From an uncultured delta proteobacterium (GTDB lineage: Bacteria; Myxococcota_A; Polyangia; Polyangiales; Polyangiaceae): a DNA stretch of 64,000 nucleotides. A model generated the notes under the pieces. The model saw only the letters and a list, made by a program, of their open reading frames with translations, searched no databases and was not told the DNA's origin. Positions 35,529 through 46,268 of this stretch are shown in pieces. Made by a program: the position numbers and the translations under genes. The first letter of the stretch is position 1. Every line of letters starts with the position of its first letter. The stretch is taken from the NCBI GenBank assembly GCA_963850305.1, contig CAWKKR010000003.1, forward strand, positions 1 through 64,000. The letters run 5' to 3'.

Positions 35529-38500
35529 TCAGTGTGTCAGCGTCACGATCCATCCGCGTGCGCCGCCCCCGCCGCCGGCTCCCTCCCAATGTTCGCCGTT
35601 CACGCCTGGACCGGCAGTGAGAGTGCCCGTGCCGCCGGCCGCGCCTGCACCAGGGTTCGTGTACGGCGTCGTGCCACCCGAGTTGCACGCCGAGTAGAGG
35701 TTGCCGGCTCCACGAGTTCCGCCAGGGGCCGCGGTGGTGCTGGCGCTGCCGTCCGCACCTGCGGTTCCTGCGCCGGTGCAGGCATTGCCCTTGGTCGCGG
35801 TATTTCGTTCGCCCCCGCCTCCTCCGCCACCCCCGCCGCCATTGGCGAAGACCCGTGCATTGGTGGTGAGGGTGTGGGCCTCGAGCAAGATGCCGCCGCC
35901 ACTGCCTCCGCCCCCGCCGCCGGATGCCATCAGCTGCTGAGTGCTGCCGTCATTGGGATTCACGACGGCGCCGAAACCGCCGCCGCTACCACCCGCGGTG
36001 ACGGTGCCCGAGACGGCCACGGTGAGATCCCCGGCCGCGCTGATCTGGACGGCTCCACCGCCGTACCCTCCAGCGCCACCCGCGGCGATGTGCGTCCCGA
36101 GGTCGGTCTTCTGCTGTCCATCGCCGCCCTTCCCCCCGCTGCAACCGCCTCGCAACGGCACGAGCGTCGAGCTGACGACCGCTCCGCCGTTCGCCGCCCC
36201 TCCCGTGGCACCATTTCCGATATCGCCCTCGCCACCCGCGCCGCCCGGGGCCCCGAACCCTCCGCCCCCGCCGCCGTTCGGCGATTGCGTGAGCGAACCC
36301 GCCGCGCAGCTCTCCGCCGATGCTCCGGCACCGGCAACAGTCCCATGGGAGCCTGCGTCGACGGTGCCGGCGATGGCCGCATCTCCGAAGACGGCAATGA
36401 CGACCGGGCGGGTTCCGGTGAGAGTCAGCGACGACCCGGCGGCGACGGAGAGGCCACGAAGCGGCAGGATGACGAGGTCCGGCCCACCCGCCTGTGTCTG
36501 CACGACGGGTGTCGGCAACGCTTCGCCGCACCAGTTGCCGAACGCGAGCGTGCCCGAGTCGAACGTCGAAGCGCCGCAGTTGAGGGTCGTCGTCGGATCG
36601 GTCGGCGACGGGTCGACGCCCGCCCCCGTGGGGTTGAAGTTGCTCGGGGTGTACGCGAACGCGGTGTACGCCACCGCACCGCAGACTCCGGTGGCGCAAT
36701 TGCCCGTGGTGCAGTCCGTGTTCGCGCCGCACTTTTCGCCTTGCGGGCACTTCGGACAGATCGTGCCGCCGCAATCGACGTCGCTCTCGCTGCCGTCCTT
36801 CAAGCCATCGGTGCAAGACGCCGCCTGACACGTCCCGGTGACGCAGAGCGCGCTCTGACAATCCGTGGAGCTCGTGCAGCCCTGGCCGTTGGGACACGCC
36901 GGACAGGTGCTACCGCAGTCGACGCCCGTTTCGGTGCCGTTGAGGACGGAGTCCGCGCACGTGGGCGCCTGACACGTGGTGCTGCAGACCTTGTCCGTGC
37001 AGTCGTTACCCGTCGAGCACGTCTGTCCGTCGGCGCACTTGGGGCACGCCGCTCCGCCGCAGTCGACCGCGGTCTCGCTGCCGTTCTTCACGTGGTCGGC
37101 GCACGTCGCGGTTTGGCAAATGTTGCCCGAGCAGACGAGGCTCAGACAATCCGTCGCGCCGTTGCAGGCACTCCCCGCGGTGCAGCCCGGGCAAGTCCCG
37201 CCGCCGCAGTCGACCGCGGTCTCGTTGCCGTTCTTCACGGTGTCCGTGCAGGACGGCGCCTGACACGTGTTCGCCTTGCAGACGCCGCTCGTGCAATCGC
37301 CGTTGCCGCTGCAGCCGAGGCCCGCGCCGCAGAGCGGACACGTGCCGCCGCCGCAGTCCGTCCCGGTCTCTGCCCCGTTCTGGATCTTGTCGGTGCAGGT
37401 CGCCACCTGGCACGTCCCCGTCGCACAGCTCTTGCTCTGACAGTCCGAGCCGGCGCCGCACTTCTCGCCGTTCGGGCAGGGCGCGCAGCTCGTCCCGCCG
37501 CAGTCGACGTCCGTTTCGGTCCCGTTCTTCACGCCGTCGTTGCACCCGGGCTGCGTGCAGACCCCGCCGGAACAGTACGTGCCCGAGCAGTCCCCGCCGC
37601 TCAGACATTTCTTGCCGTTCGCGCAGGTGGGGCAGGAGCCGCCGCCGCAATCGACGTCGGTCTCCGCGCCGTTCTCGACCTTGTCGGTGCAGCTCGGCGC
37701 CTGGCACACGCCTCCGGTGCACACCCCTGTGGCGCAGTCGCCCGGGACCAGGCATTTCTTTCCAGCAGCGCAGCTCGAGCACGCGGTCCCGCCGCAATCC
37801 ACGTCCGTCTCGTTGCCGTTCTTCACGTTGTCCGTGCAGAGCGGCGGCGCGCAGGCAGATCCATTGCACACGCCGCTCTGGCAATCCGCTCCGGAATTGC
37901 AGCCGAGGCCCGGACCGCAGGTCGTGCAAATGCCCCCGCAGTCCACGTCGCTCTCGGCGCCGTTCTTGACGTGATCGCTACAGCTCGGCGCCTGGCACTT
38001 GCTCGTCGTGCAGACGCCGCTCACGCAGTCGGAGCCGGAGCCGCACGCCCCGTTCGTCCCGCACTTGGTGCACGAGCCTCCGCAATCCACGTCGCTCTCC
38101 GTGCCGTCCTTCAGCCCATCCGTGCACGACGCCGCGGCGCACACGCCCCCCGCGCAGACGCCGCCGCTGCAGTCCGTGTTGCCGTTGCAGGAGCCGCCAT
38201 TCGCGCACTTGGGGCACGTTCCACCCCCGCAATCCGTGCTCGTCTCGTTGCCGTTCTTCACCTTGTCCGTGCACGTCGCGGCCGGACACTTTCCGCTCGT
38301 GCACACGTCGCTCGCGCAGTCGCTCGCGACCGTGCACACGCCGCCGGTACCGCAAGCTGGGCAAGCCCCTCCTCCGCAATCGACGTCGCTTTCCGTGCCG
38401 TTCTTCACCGTGTCCGCGCAGCTCGGCGCCTGGCACACCGAAGCCCCGCACACCTTGCTCGTGCAGTCTCCCGAAGCGCTGCATCCCTTGCCCGAACCGC

Positions 38501-40616
38501 ACGGCACGCAGTTCGTGCCGCCGCAGTCGACGTCCGTCTCCGTCCCGTTCTTCACCTTGTCGGAGCACGTCGGGGCTTGGCAGGTGCCGCCCGCGCAGAC
38601 TCCGCTCGCGCAGTCGCTCCCCGCCGCGCACGAGTTGCCCGTCGCGCATCGGGGGCACGCCGAACCGCCGCAGTCGACGTCCGTCTCCGTCCCGTTCTTC
38701 ACCTTGTCGGAGCACGTCCCGGTCTGGCACACGCCGGAAGCGCAGACCTTGCTCTTGCAGTCGACGGCCACCTTACACGTCTGGCCAGGGTTGCATGCTG
38801 CACACGTCGTCCCGCCGCAGTCGACGTCGGTCTCGTTCGCATTCTTGACGAAGTCCGAACAGCTGGCGGCCTGGCACAGTCCGGCGCAGACGAGGCTCGT
38901 GCAGTCGCTGGCGATCGAGCAGCCGGCGCCGGTGCCGCACGGATTGCACGCGCCGCCGCCGCAGTCGACTCCCGTCTCCTTGCCGTTCTGGACGGTGTCC
39001 GTGCACGTTGCCGGCTGACACGCGCCACTCGCACAGTCCTTGCTCACGCAGTCTCCTGCCGCGATGCACGCGGCGTGATCGGCGCACGCCGGACAGCTCG
39101 GGCCCCCGCAGTCCACGTCCGTTTCCGTCCCGTTCTTCACCCCGTCGGTACAACCCGGCGACGTGCACACGCCCGCCGCGGAGCAAAATGCCGTCTTGCA
39201 GTCGGCGTTGACGGAGCACGCGGCTCCCACCGCGCACCCGGGGCACGTTCCGCCGCAGTCCGTCGCCGTCTCGTTGCCGTTCTGAACCCCGTCGGAGCAC
39301 GTCGCCGACTGGCAGACGGCCGACGTGCAGACGCCGGTCGTGCAGTCGCTCGCCACCTTGCAAATCTTCGTCGCTGCGCACTTCGCGCAGGATGGCCCGC
39401 CGCAATCGACGTCGGTCTCGTTGCCGTTGAGCACGGTGTCCGTGCAACCCGGCGCCTGACACGCGCCGCTCGCGCAAACGCCCGAGGTGCAATCCGCTGC
39501 AGCCCCACAGCCGAGCCCGATCTGGCAGGGCCCGCAGGTGCCGCCGCAATCGACGTCGGTCTCGTCCCCGTTCTTCAGCGAATCGGTGCAGCTCGGCGCG
39601 CGGCAGAGGGAATCGTTGCCGCAGACCCCGCTCGCGCAATCCGACCCCAGATCGCACAGCAGTCCCGTCGCGCACCCCGGGCACGTCCCGCCGCCGCAGT
39701 CGACGTCGGTCTCGTTGCCATTGCGGACCTGATCCGTGCACTCAGAGCCACTGCACACCCCCGCCGTGCAGACCGCCGTCACGCAATCCGACCCCACGCC
39801 GCACGTCGCGCCGACCGCGCACGCGCCGCAGTCCGAGCCACCGCAGTCCACGGCCGTCTCGTTGCCGTTCTTCACGCCGTCGTTGCAGCTCGCGGCCACG
39901 CACACCGCGCCCGTGCAGACGTCGCTCGCGCAATCTCCGCCGAAGCCACACTTCGCTCCGGTCGCGCATGCCGGGCACGTTCCCCCGCAGTCGACGTCCG
40001 TTTCGCTGCCGTTCCTCACGCCGTCCGTGCAGGTCGCCGCGCTGCAGGTGCCGTTGCACGTGCCCGTCACGCAGTCCGCGGGCGCCGTGCACATCGAGCC
40101 CACCCCGCACGGCGCGCAGCTACCGCCGCCGCAGTCGACGTCCGTCTCGGTGCCGTTCTCGACGCCGTCGGCGCAGCTCGCCGCCTGGCAGAGTCCCTGC
40201 GAGCAGAAGGCCGTCGCGCAATCGCTCGGCAGCTTGCACGCCTTCTTGACCGTGCAGGGCGTGCAGCTTCCGCCGCAGTCGATGTCCGTCTCGGTGCCGT
40301 TCTCGACGCCGTCGGTGCAGCTAGGCTCCGCGCACTGGCCGCCCCGGCAAATCCCGCTGGCGCAATCGCTCGCGACCCAGCAGTCGGCGCCCGCCGCGCA
40401 CGGGGAACAGGAGCCTCCGCAGTCGACCCCCGACTCCGTCCCGTCTTTCTTGCCGTCGCTGCACGTCGTGTCGTCGCGAACGGCGGCGTCGGGCGCCGTC
40501 CCTGCATCCCCGCCATGAACGCCCTTGTGCGAGTCGAGACCGTCGAGCCCCGACGTCGTGCACCCCGCGAGCACGCCCGTGATGACGACGATCATCCAAG
40601 CTCGAAGCCCCTGCAT
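35529..40616 (-). CDS. Giant Cys-rich lipoprotein: 26 CxDxxxNGxETDVDCGG repeats and a Gly-rich C-terminal domain
   Basis: LAGC lipobox; repeats of about 48 aa counted in the translation; GGGGGGSGGGILLE tail. Confidence 0.85.
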   Translation of the reverse strand: MQGLRAWMIVVITGVLAGCTTSGLDGLDSHKGVHGGDAGTAPDAAVRDDTTCSDGKKDGTESGVDCGGSCSPCAAGADCWVASDCASGICRGGQCAEPSCTDGVENGTETDIDCGGSCTPCTVKKACKLPSDCATAFCSQGLCQAASCADGVENGTETDVDCGGGSCAPCGVGSMCTAPADCVTGTCNGTCSAATCTDGVRNGSETDVDCGGTCPACATGAKCGFGGDCASDVCTGAVCVAASCNDGVKNGNETAVDCGGSDCGACAVGATCGVGSDCVTAVCTAGVCSGSECTDQVRNGNETDVDCGGGTCPGCATGLLCDLGSDCASGVCGNDSLCRAPSCTDSLKNGDETDVDCGGTCGPCQIGLGCGAAADCTSGVCASGACQAPGCTDTVLNGNETDVDCGGPSCAKCAATKICKVASDCTTGVCTSAVCQSATCSDGVQNGNETATDCGGTCPGCAVGAACSVNADCKTAFCSAAGVCTSPGCTDGVKNGTETDVDCGGPSCPACADHAACIAAGDCVSKDCASGACQPATCTDTVQNGKETGVDCGGGACNPCGTGAGCSIASDCTSLVCAGLCQAASCSDFVKNANETDVDCGGTTCAACNPGQTCKVAVDCKSKVCASGVCQTGTCSDKVKNGTETDVDCGGSACPRCATGNSCAAGSDCASGVCAGGTCQAPTCSDKVKNGTETDVDCGGTNCVPCGSGKGCSASGDCTSKVCGASVCQAPSCADTVKNGTESDVDCGGGACPACGTGGVCTVASDCASDVCTSGKCPAATCTDKVKNGNETSTDCGGGTCPKCANGGSCNGNTDCSGGVCAGGVCAAASCTDGLKDGTESDVDCGGSCTKCGTNGACGSGSDCVSGVCTTSKCQAPSCSDHVKNGAESDVDCGGICTTCGPGLGCNSGADCQSGVCNGSACAPPLCTDNVKNGNETDVDCGGTACSSCAAGKKCLVPGDCATGVCTGGVCQAPSCTDKVENGAETDVDCGGGSCPTCANGKKCLSGGDCSGTYCSGGVCTQPGCNDGVKNGTETDVDCGGTSCAPCPNGEKCGAGSDCQSKSCATGTCQVATCTDKIQNGAETGTDCGGGTCPLCGAGLGCSGNGDCTSGVCKANTCQAPSCTDTVKNGNETAVDCGGGTCPGCTAGSACNGATDCLSLVCSGNICQTATCADHVKNGSETAVDCGGAACPKCADGQTCSTGNDCTDKVCSTTCQAPTCADSVLNGTETGVDCGSTCPACPNGQGCTSSTDCQSALCVTGTCQAASCTDGLKDGSESDVDCGGTICPKCPQGEKCGANTDCTTGNCATGVCGAVAYTAFAYTPSNFNPTGAGVDPSPTDPTTTLNCGASTFDSGTLAFGNWCGEALPTPVVQTQAGGPDLVILPLRGLSVAAGSSLTLTGTRPVVIAVFGDAAIAGTVDAGSHGTVAGAGASAESCAAGSLTQSPNGGGGGGFGAPGGAGGEGDIGNGATGGAANGGAVVSSTLVPLRGGCSGGKGGDGQQKTDLGTHIAAGGAGGYGGGAVQISAAGDLTVAVSGTVTAGGSGGGFGAVVNPNDGSTQQLMASGGGGGGSGGGILLEAHTLTTNARVFANGGGGGGGGGGERNTATKGNACTGAGTAGADGSASTTAAPGGTRGAGNLYSACNSGGTTPYTNPGAGAAGGTGTLTAGPGVNGEHWEGAGGGGGARGWIVTLTH

Positions 40617-41079
40617 CGGATCCGGCAGAGTGTACCCCAGTCCCGGCGGCGGCGCGTGAACCCGTGCGGGACACGCTTTCACGACGTTTTGGGACGTTGT
40701 GGTGGCGAGCACTCCGTCCGAGCGTCCCGCAGCGCCGGTCCGGGATCGGTGAAGGTTCCGACGCAGCCCACCGCCGGAGCGCCCGCGTTCCGACCCGGTT
40801 CCCGCCTAGTGAGGGGCCGCTCGTGCTCGATCCGTTACCCGGCTCGCCGACGAGCACCTGATCGATCGCGTGGGAGCGTCGCGCGGGTGTTCACGGCCGC
40901 CCGTCGATGTGGCTCAGGTTGGCACACAACGCCGGGATCCCGCCGGCTCGCTCGAGCACGATGCGCGACGTTTGCCGCGGAAATCACCCGCGGCACGAGG
41001 GTTGCTCATCCCGACGCCGCGCTCGACCTCCCGGGGAGGAGGTTCGTCGCGTTCGCGCGGGGTCGCACGGAAAGCATCG

Positions 41080-41815
41080 ATGATCGACGAGCGGAGGCAC
41101 TGGGCGCGTCGCGCCGCAGGGTGGGTGGACGCGAACGCGCTTCTCCTGCTCTCTGGCCTATTTCACGCTCACGCCCGCCTTCTATCTGCTCGCATGCGTG
41201 CCGCCGATATGGCTCGGGCGCAGCGCGACGAGTGTCCTCGGGATCTACCTGCACCAGTTCGACACCGCCGGCACGCTGACGATGAACGCCGCCTCCGTCT
41301 ATCAGTGGTTGCCCGTATCGGCGGAGCCCGACGCGCAGGTACGGGGTGGGCTCGTGTTCGCGGCGGGGGCGTGCGCGCTGTCCGCTTACGTGATCTTGCG
41401 CCGCTCCCGCCGCCCGTTCCGTCCGGAGAGTCTCCTCAACATCGCCCTCTTTCTCGCCGCGCTCCCTCCCTTCCTGCTCTCGAAGATGCACGAACGCTAT
41501 GCGTTCGTGAGTGACGTGCTCGCCTGTGTCGTTCCCTTCGTGACTCCCTCGCTGGTCGGACCGGCGGTGCTACTGGTGTTTGCTTCCTTCGTTTCCTACG
41601 GCCCGTTCATCGGCGCAAGCTGGATGCCGCTCCCTTATGCCGCGATGCTCAACCTGGTCGCGCTCGTGCTCATCGCGCGGCAGTTGGGCCGCGATCTGGG
41701 CCTCACGGACGCACTCGGTCAGACGGCACGAGACGACGATTCCGGCGACGAACGGCCAGTTTCTGGCCTCACCAGCGTCCGAGACGTCGACCGCGCGGGT
41801 CGCTCTCGATTTTAG
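41080..41815 (+). pseudogene. Membrane GT-C glycosyltransferase (DUF2029-like), internally deleted or frameshifted
   Basis: LTMNAASVYQW...PFLLSKMHERY; sigma54-like CGGCACGAGGGTTGCT at 40991-41006. Confidence 0.55.
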
Positions 41816-42064
41816 CCCGTGCGAGCCGACGCGGCGGTGGCTTCGACGTCTTCAGGTTGCACCACGGTGCTTCTTGGTTGCGGCCTCACTCGGCGACCTC
41901 GCGCGGGCGTGGCTCGCACGTCGCGGTCACGGGGGATCCGACCCGCGGGTCGCCACGCGACGCGCTTCGCAGGAGTGAGAAGGTCGCCCACCCCCGCCCC
42001 CGCCGTCCCGCGACGGCCCCGGGCCGTCAGGGACAGGCAATTTCGTTATAGAGTGGAGTCTGCA

Positions 42065-43051
42065 ATGAGGAAGGCGCTTGTTAGGTTGAGTTGCCTGACC
42101 TTACCGCTCCTTGCGACGAACTGCGGGCGCGTGTCGGAGCCGGCGCGCGCGACGGATGCCGGGCCAGGTCGTGCCATGTCCACGGGTGGTAGCGCCGGTG
42201 CGATCGGCGGCGATCGCGCGCAGGACGGTTCGTTCGCGAACGGGGGCCGCGCGACCCGTACCTCGACGACGCCCGACGGCGAAGCCGATGCCGGCGCGCT
42301 CGACGTTCGGCGCTGCGGGCGCACGGATCCGGCGCGCCCCGACGACTGTGACGGTGTGTGCACGAGTGTCGAGACGGACCCGGGTAATTGCGGCGGGTGC
42401 GGCTCGGCATGCAGCGGTGGCGCCGTGTGCCTCCGCGGCCGCTGCTCGCCGACATGCGCCACGGACGCGGGCGCACCCTTGACTAACTGCGACGGCGCCT
42501 GCGTGAGCCTTGCCAGCAACGCCGACCACTGCGGCACGTGCCGCAACGCTTGCACCGGAGGACAGATCTGTGTCGAAGGGCAATGCGCGTGCCCCACGGC
42601 GAGTCTCCCTTCGGTGCCGGAGACGCTCTGCAATGGAGTGTGCATCGACACGCTCGCCAATGCCAGCCACTGCGGAGGCCTTGGCGGAATCGGGGGTCCC
42701 GGTGCTCCACCTCTCCCCTCGTATTGCAATAGCGTCTGCCCGCCGGACGATGGCGGGCCGCCCCTCTGCGTTCTTGGGGCATGCGCGAAGGGGGTGTCGT
42801 GTGCCCTGCAGGGCGAGTCAGTGTGCAACGGCGGGTGCGTCGACTTGTCGGTCAACAACGCCAATTGCGGCGGCTGCAATAACATCTGCGCAGGCGGTTC
42901 GACCTGTGAACTTGGCCGCTGCACTTGTCCCGGCGGCGACGCCTATTGCCACGGAATGTGCCTGCCGGTAAGCGATGACGCCCAGAACTGCGGAGCCTGC
43001 GACGCCAGGTGTGGGGCCGGGACGGCGTGCGTCGGTGGGAAGTGCAGGTGA
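42065..43051 (+). CDS. Cys-rich lipoprotein with Stig1-like DxxNCGxC repeats
   Basis: Signal peptide + Cys; five C.G.C....D..NCG.C units. Confidence 0.75.
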   Translation: MRKALVRLSCLTLPLLATNCGRVSEPARATDAGPGRAMSTGGSAGAIGGDRAQDGSFANGGRATRTSTTPDGEADAGALDVRRCGRTDPARPDDCDGVCTSVETDPGNCGGCGSACSGGAVCLRGRCSPTCATDAGAPLTNCDGACVSLASNADHCGTCRNACTGGQICVEGQCACPTASLPSVPETLCNGVCIDTLANASHCGGLGGIGGPGAPPLPSYCNSVCPPDDGGPPLCVLGACAKGVSCALQGESVCNGGCVDLSVNNANCGGCNNICAGGSTCELGRCTCPGGDAYCHGMCLPVSDDAQNCGACDARCGAGTACVGGKCR

Positions 43052-43145
43052 CGAGCGTGGGTGCGCCGTTCTGGAAGCCCGTCCTGGCTGGTGAAGGGGG
43101 CGGGCGCCCGAATCCTCCGCACCGCCGTCAGGGCGCCCCGGATGA

Positions 43146-43445
43146 ATGCTTTCTGTGAACGGTTTCAGCGTTCGCTGCGAATGCCTCGACCACGTCGTCG
43201 TGCTCGGTGAGCACCACCTCGAGCGTGTCCTGCGGGAGTACTGCTTCCGGTATTTTAACCAGGCACGCCCGCATCAGGGGATCGGTCAGCTCGTGCCCAT
43301 CGGCGCCGCGACCTCCTCGAGCGGTGGCGCCGAGGTCGTGGGCGTCCCCGTTCTGAATGGCCTGCAACACGACTACGGAGGGCCGCATGATGGGCGTCAC
43401 GGCAGGTTTCGAAGGACGGATGGACGAAGTAGCCGGAACAGCGCA
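43146..43445 (+). mobile_element. Remnant 3' end of an rve transposase
   Basis: ECLDHVVVLGEHHLERVLREY..YFNQARPHQGIGQ...PVLNGLQHDY. Confidence 0.75.
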
Positions 43446-43597
43446 TCGTGCTTTTCGTGGAGCGGGTCCTCGCCCGCTGAAATGCGGGGGTCGGTACTTT
43501 CTTCGCTGCCTGCGCCGGGAGCAACCGCGTGGTGGGTGCCTAAACTTGATTGGATCCAACCCTGTTGCGCCGCGAGGAGCGACTCGCGTCTCCTGGC

Positions 43598-44518
43598 TCA
43601 CTTCACGAACGTCCTGAAATTCAGGTCGTTTCCTGCGGGCGACCCGTTCACGATCGCGGTCCCCGCGGAGTACGAATCTCCCAGCGATTCTCCGACGCCG
43701 AACGTGAAGTCACATTCCTCCGCGAGCTCGCAGCTGTTTCCGACCAAGCCCCCGGTGCAGAGCCCGGACGCCGCAGCGCACACACCTGGCTGTAGAAGCG
43801 AGGTGAATGTGAAAGTGTACACCATTTCCGACTCGACCTGAATGCACTGGCTGCTCAGGTCGATATAAAAGACGCCGGGCGCGCCGGACGTGACGGCGGT
43901 GTTCGCACAGCGGGTGCCAAACGACGAGATGGGGATGTCCGTGGATCCGAGGGTCACGCCGTTGCTGTCCGTGAGCGTGAGCGCGATCGAGCCAGACGCC
44001 GCTACGCCGGGCGGCGTGCAGTAGTACCAGGCGAGCGGCACTTCGATGCCCGTGAGTTGCCCCGTCTGCCCCGCGGTGAAGGACTGGCCGACCACCTGCG
44101 TCGTGCTGAGGCCGTAATATCCACTGTTCTGGAGCTGCGATTGATCCGCGCCGCCGGGCGCCGTCTCGCAGCCGGCGTCTGGTGCCGCATCGAGAGCTGC
44201 GTCGACAGAGGCGTCCGCGCTTCGGCGACCCGCGTCGCTTCCGGCGCTGCCGTCGAGCGGGGCATGCCCGGAGTCGCTGCCGCTGGAGCCCGCGTCGAAC
44301 GGCGTGGGCCCCGCGTCGCTTCCGCCCGGGCTTGCACCGGATGATCCGCCGGCGCCACCTTCTCCAGGGGAATGTCCGCCGGATCCGGCGGCATCCACCG
44401 TGGAACCGTCCGCTCCCGCGTCGGTCGCGGGATGAACTCTTCGATGGGTATCGCTGCTACCGCACGCGGCCAGCATGCCCGTACCGGCGAAGAGGGCAAT
44501 CGTGACGAATGAGCGCAT
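43598..44518 (-). CDS. Lipoprotein with low-complexity linker and C-terminal beta-sandwich
   Basis: LAAC lipobox; GQSFTAGQTGQLTGIE...DLNFRTFV. Confidence 0.7.
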   Translation of the reverse strand: MRSFVTIALFAGTGMLAACGSSDTHRRVHPATDAGADGSTVDAAGSGGHSPGEGGAGGSSGASPGGSDAGPTPFDAGSSGSDSGHAPLDGSAGSDAGRRSADASVDAALDAAPDAGCETAPGGADQSQLQNSGYYGLSTTQVVGQSFTAGQTGQLTGIEVPLAWYYCTPPGVAASGSIALTLTDSNGVTLGSTDIPISSFGTRCANTAVTSGAPGVFYIDLSSQCIQVESEMVYTFTFTSLLQPGVCAAASGLCTGGLVGNSCELAEECDFTFGVGESLGDSYSAGTAIVNGSPAGNDLNFRTFVK

Positions 44519-44737
44519 GAAGAGCCTCGGGTTCCGTCGGAGGGTGAGGCTTCCACGAGTGCCCCGTCTTCTTCGCGACTGCAAGACGGTTCGCTTGGCG
44601 CGGGCCAGGAACCGACCCGGCATCGCCGGGCGGGAGGCTCGCTCGATCGGGTCCCCCATCGAGTGTGGAACCAGTGGAACGAGAGGAGCGCGGGCTAGGT
44701 CTAGACGGCGGGAGGAGCGGTGGTATCGTGACGCGTC

Positions 44738-46132
44738 GTGCAGGTCGCGCCGATTCCGCCCGACGAGGAGACCCGGCTGGCGCTGCTCCGCGCCTGCAAG
44801 ATCATGTACACGCCCGCGGAGGAGGCGTTCGACGACGTGGCGCGCCTCGCGGCCGAGATCTGCGGCTCGGAGATCGCGCTCATCACGCTCGTCGACTCCG
44901 AGCAGCAGTGGTTCAAGGCGCGCGTTGGCGTCGCGCAGACGGAGACGGCGCGGGATCTCTCGTTCTGCGGGCATTGCATCACGCACAAGAACCCGATGGT
45001 GGTGCCGGATACGCACCTCGATCCTCGCTTCGCGGACAACCCGCTGGTCACCGGAGATCCGTTCCTCCGTTTCTACGCGGGGGTGCCGCTGCTCATCGGC
45101 GAGGGATCATCGGTGGGCGCGCTCTCCGTGGCAGATCGCTCGCCGCGCAGCATCACGCCACGCCAGCTCGACTCGCTCACGCGGCTCGCCGCCCAGGTCT
45201 CGCGGGAGCTCCGGCTGCGGCGTGACCTGGATCAGGTCAGCATGGCTGCCGTTGCATCGAGCGAGCTCCTCGTTGCTCCGGGCTCCGTCATCGACGGACG
45301 TTTCCGGATCGAGCGCGAGATCGGGCGGGGTGGGGTCGGCGCCGTCTTCGAAGCGCGGAACCAGACCGGCGACCGCGTCGCGATCAAGGTGCTCCTCCCC
45401 GAATGGCGGAATCAGGACGCGGTGCTGGAGCGATTCGCGCGCGAAGCCCGCGTGCTGATGCGGCTCGCGACACCGTACGTCGGCAAGCTCCTCGACGTCG
45501 GCAATCTCGCCATCGAACAGGGAGATCTGCCGTACCTTGTCCTCGAGTACCTCGAAGGGCGCGATCTCGAGAGCATCCTCGTCGAGTCCGGGCGCCTCGC
45601 GATTCACACGGCGTTCGCCTGGTGCGCGGACGCCTGTGAGGGTGTCGCCGAGGCACACGACCTCGGAGTCGTGCACCGCGACATCAAACCGTCGAACATC
45701 TTCCTCGCTGATGGTGACGGCGCCCCCACCGTGAAGGTCCTCGACTTCGGAATCGCCGCCGGGGAGCCGACGGCGGAGCGGCCCGTGGGCCTCACGCGGG
45801 CGGGCGGACTGCTCGGCACGCCCGCGTACATGTCTCCGGAGCAGATGCTCGCGTCGAGCGAGGTCGACCCACGCAGCGACATCTGGTCGATGGGGGTGCT
45901 CCTCTACCAGATGATCGCCGGGCGGCTCCCATTTCGTGGGAAGAGCGATCTAGAAGTGTTCTCGGCGGCGATGACGCGTCCGCCGTTGCCGCTCAGGCCG
46001 CAGCTCGAGGGCGAAGCGCCCCCCGACGTCGATCAGATCGTGTTCAAGTGCCTACGCAAGAACCGCGACGAGCGCTTTCAATCGATGCGCGTGCTTGCCG
46101 AGAGCCTTCGCGCCGTGGCGCTCGGGGCCTGA
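44738..46132 (+). CDS. GAF-domain Ser/Thr protein kinase
   Basis: QWFKA...SFCGH...RFYAGVPL GAF; GRGGVG, VAIK, HRDIKPSN, DFG, YMSPE. Confidence 0.93.
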   Translation: MQVAPIPPDEETRLALLRACKIMYTPAEEAFDDVARLAAEICGSEIALITLVDSEQQWFKARVGVAQTETARDLSFCGHCITHKNPMVVPDTHLDPRFADNPLVTGDPFLRFYAGVPLLIGEGSSVGALSVADRSPRSITPRQLDSLTRLAAQVSRELRLRRDLDQVSMAAVASSELLVAPGSVIDGRFRIEREIGRGGVGAVFEARNQTGDRVAIKVLLPEWRNQDAVLERFAREARVLMRLATPYVGKLLDVGNLAIEQGDLPYLVLEYLEGRDLESILVESGRLAIHTAFAWCADACEGVAEAHDLGVVHRDIKPSNIFLADGDGAPTVKVLDFGIAAGEPTAERPVGLTRAGGLLGTPAYMSPEQMLASSEVDPRSDIWSMGVLLYQMIAGRLPFRGKSDLEVFSAAMTRPPLPLRPQLEGEAPPDVDQIVFKCLRKNRDERFQSMRVLAESLRAVALGA

Positions 46133-46268
46133 ACGGTCGAGCACCTGGCGGGCTCGCACCCCTGCGCTCGATCGGGCTCGACGGACCAACAACGTTCCCA
46201 TCACGCTCGAGTATGGGCATAGTGCGGCGCTCGGCCCATCGCCGCGGGTGTCGAACGAAGGGGTCTTC

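Noticed and set aside
36700..40470. Regular repeats GCAGTCGACGTC.GTCTCG resembling a CRISPR array
   Set aside because: They encode the DVDCG protein repeat, vary at wobble positions, and no cas genes are present
35532..41279. 1915-aa plus-strand ORF (also 24990-27065, 27888-29864, 31262-33004 on the minus strand)
   Set aside because: Arg/Ala-rich antisense shadows of real genes in high-GC DNA
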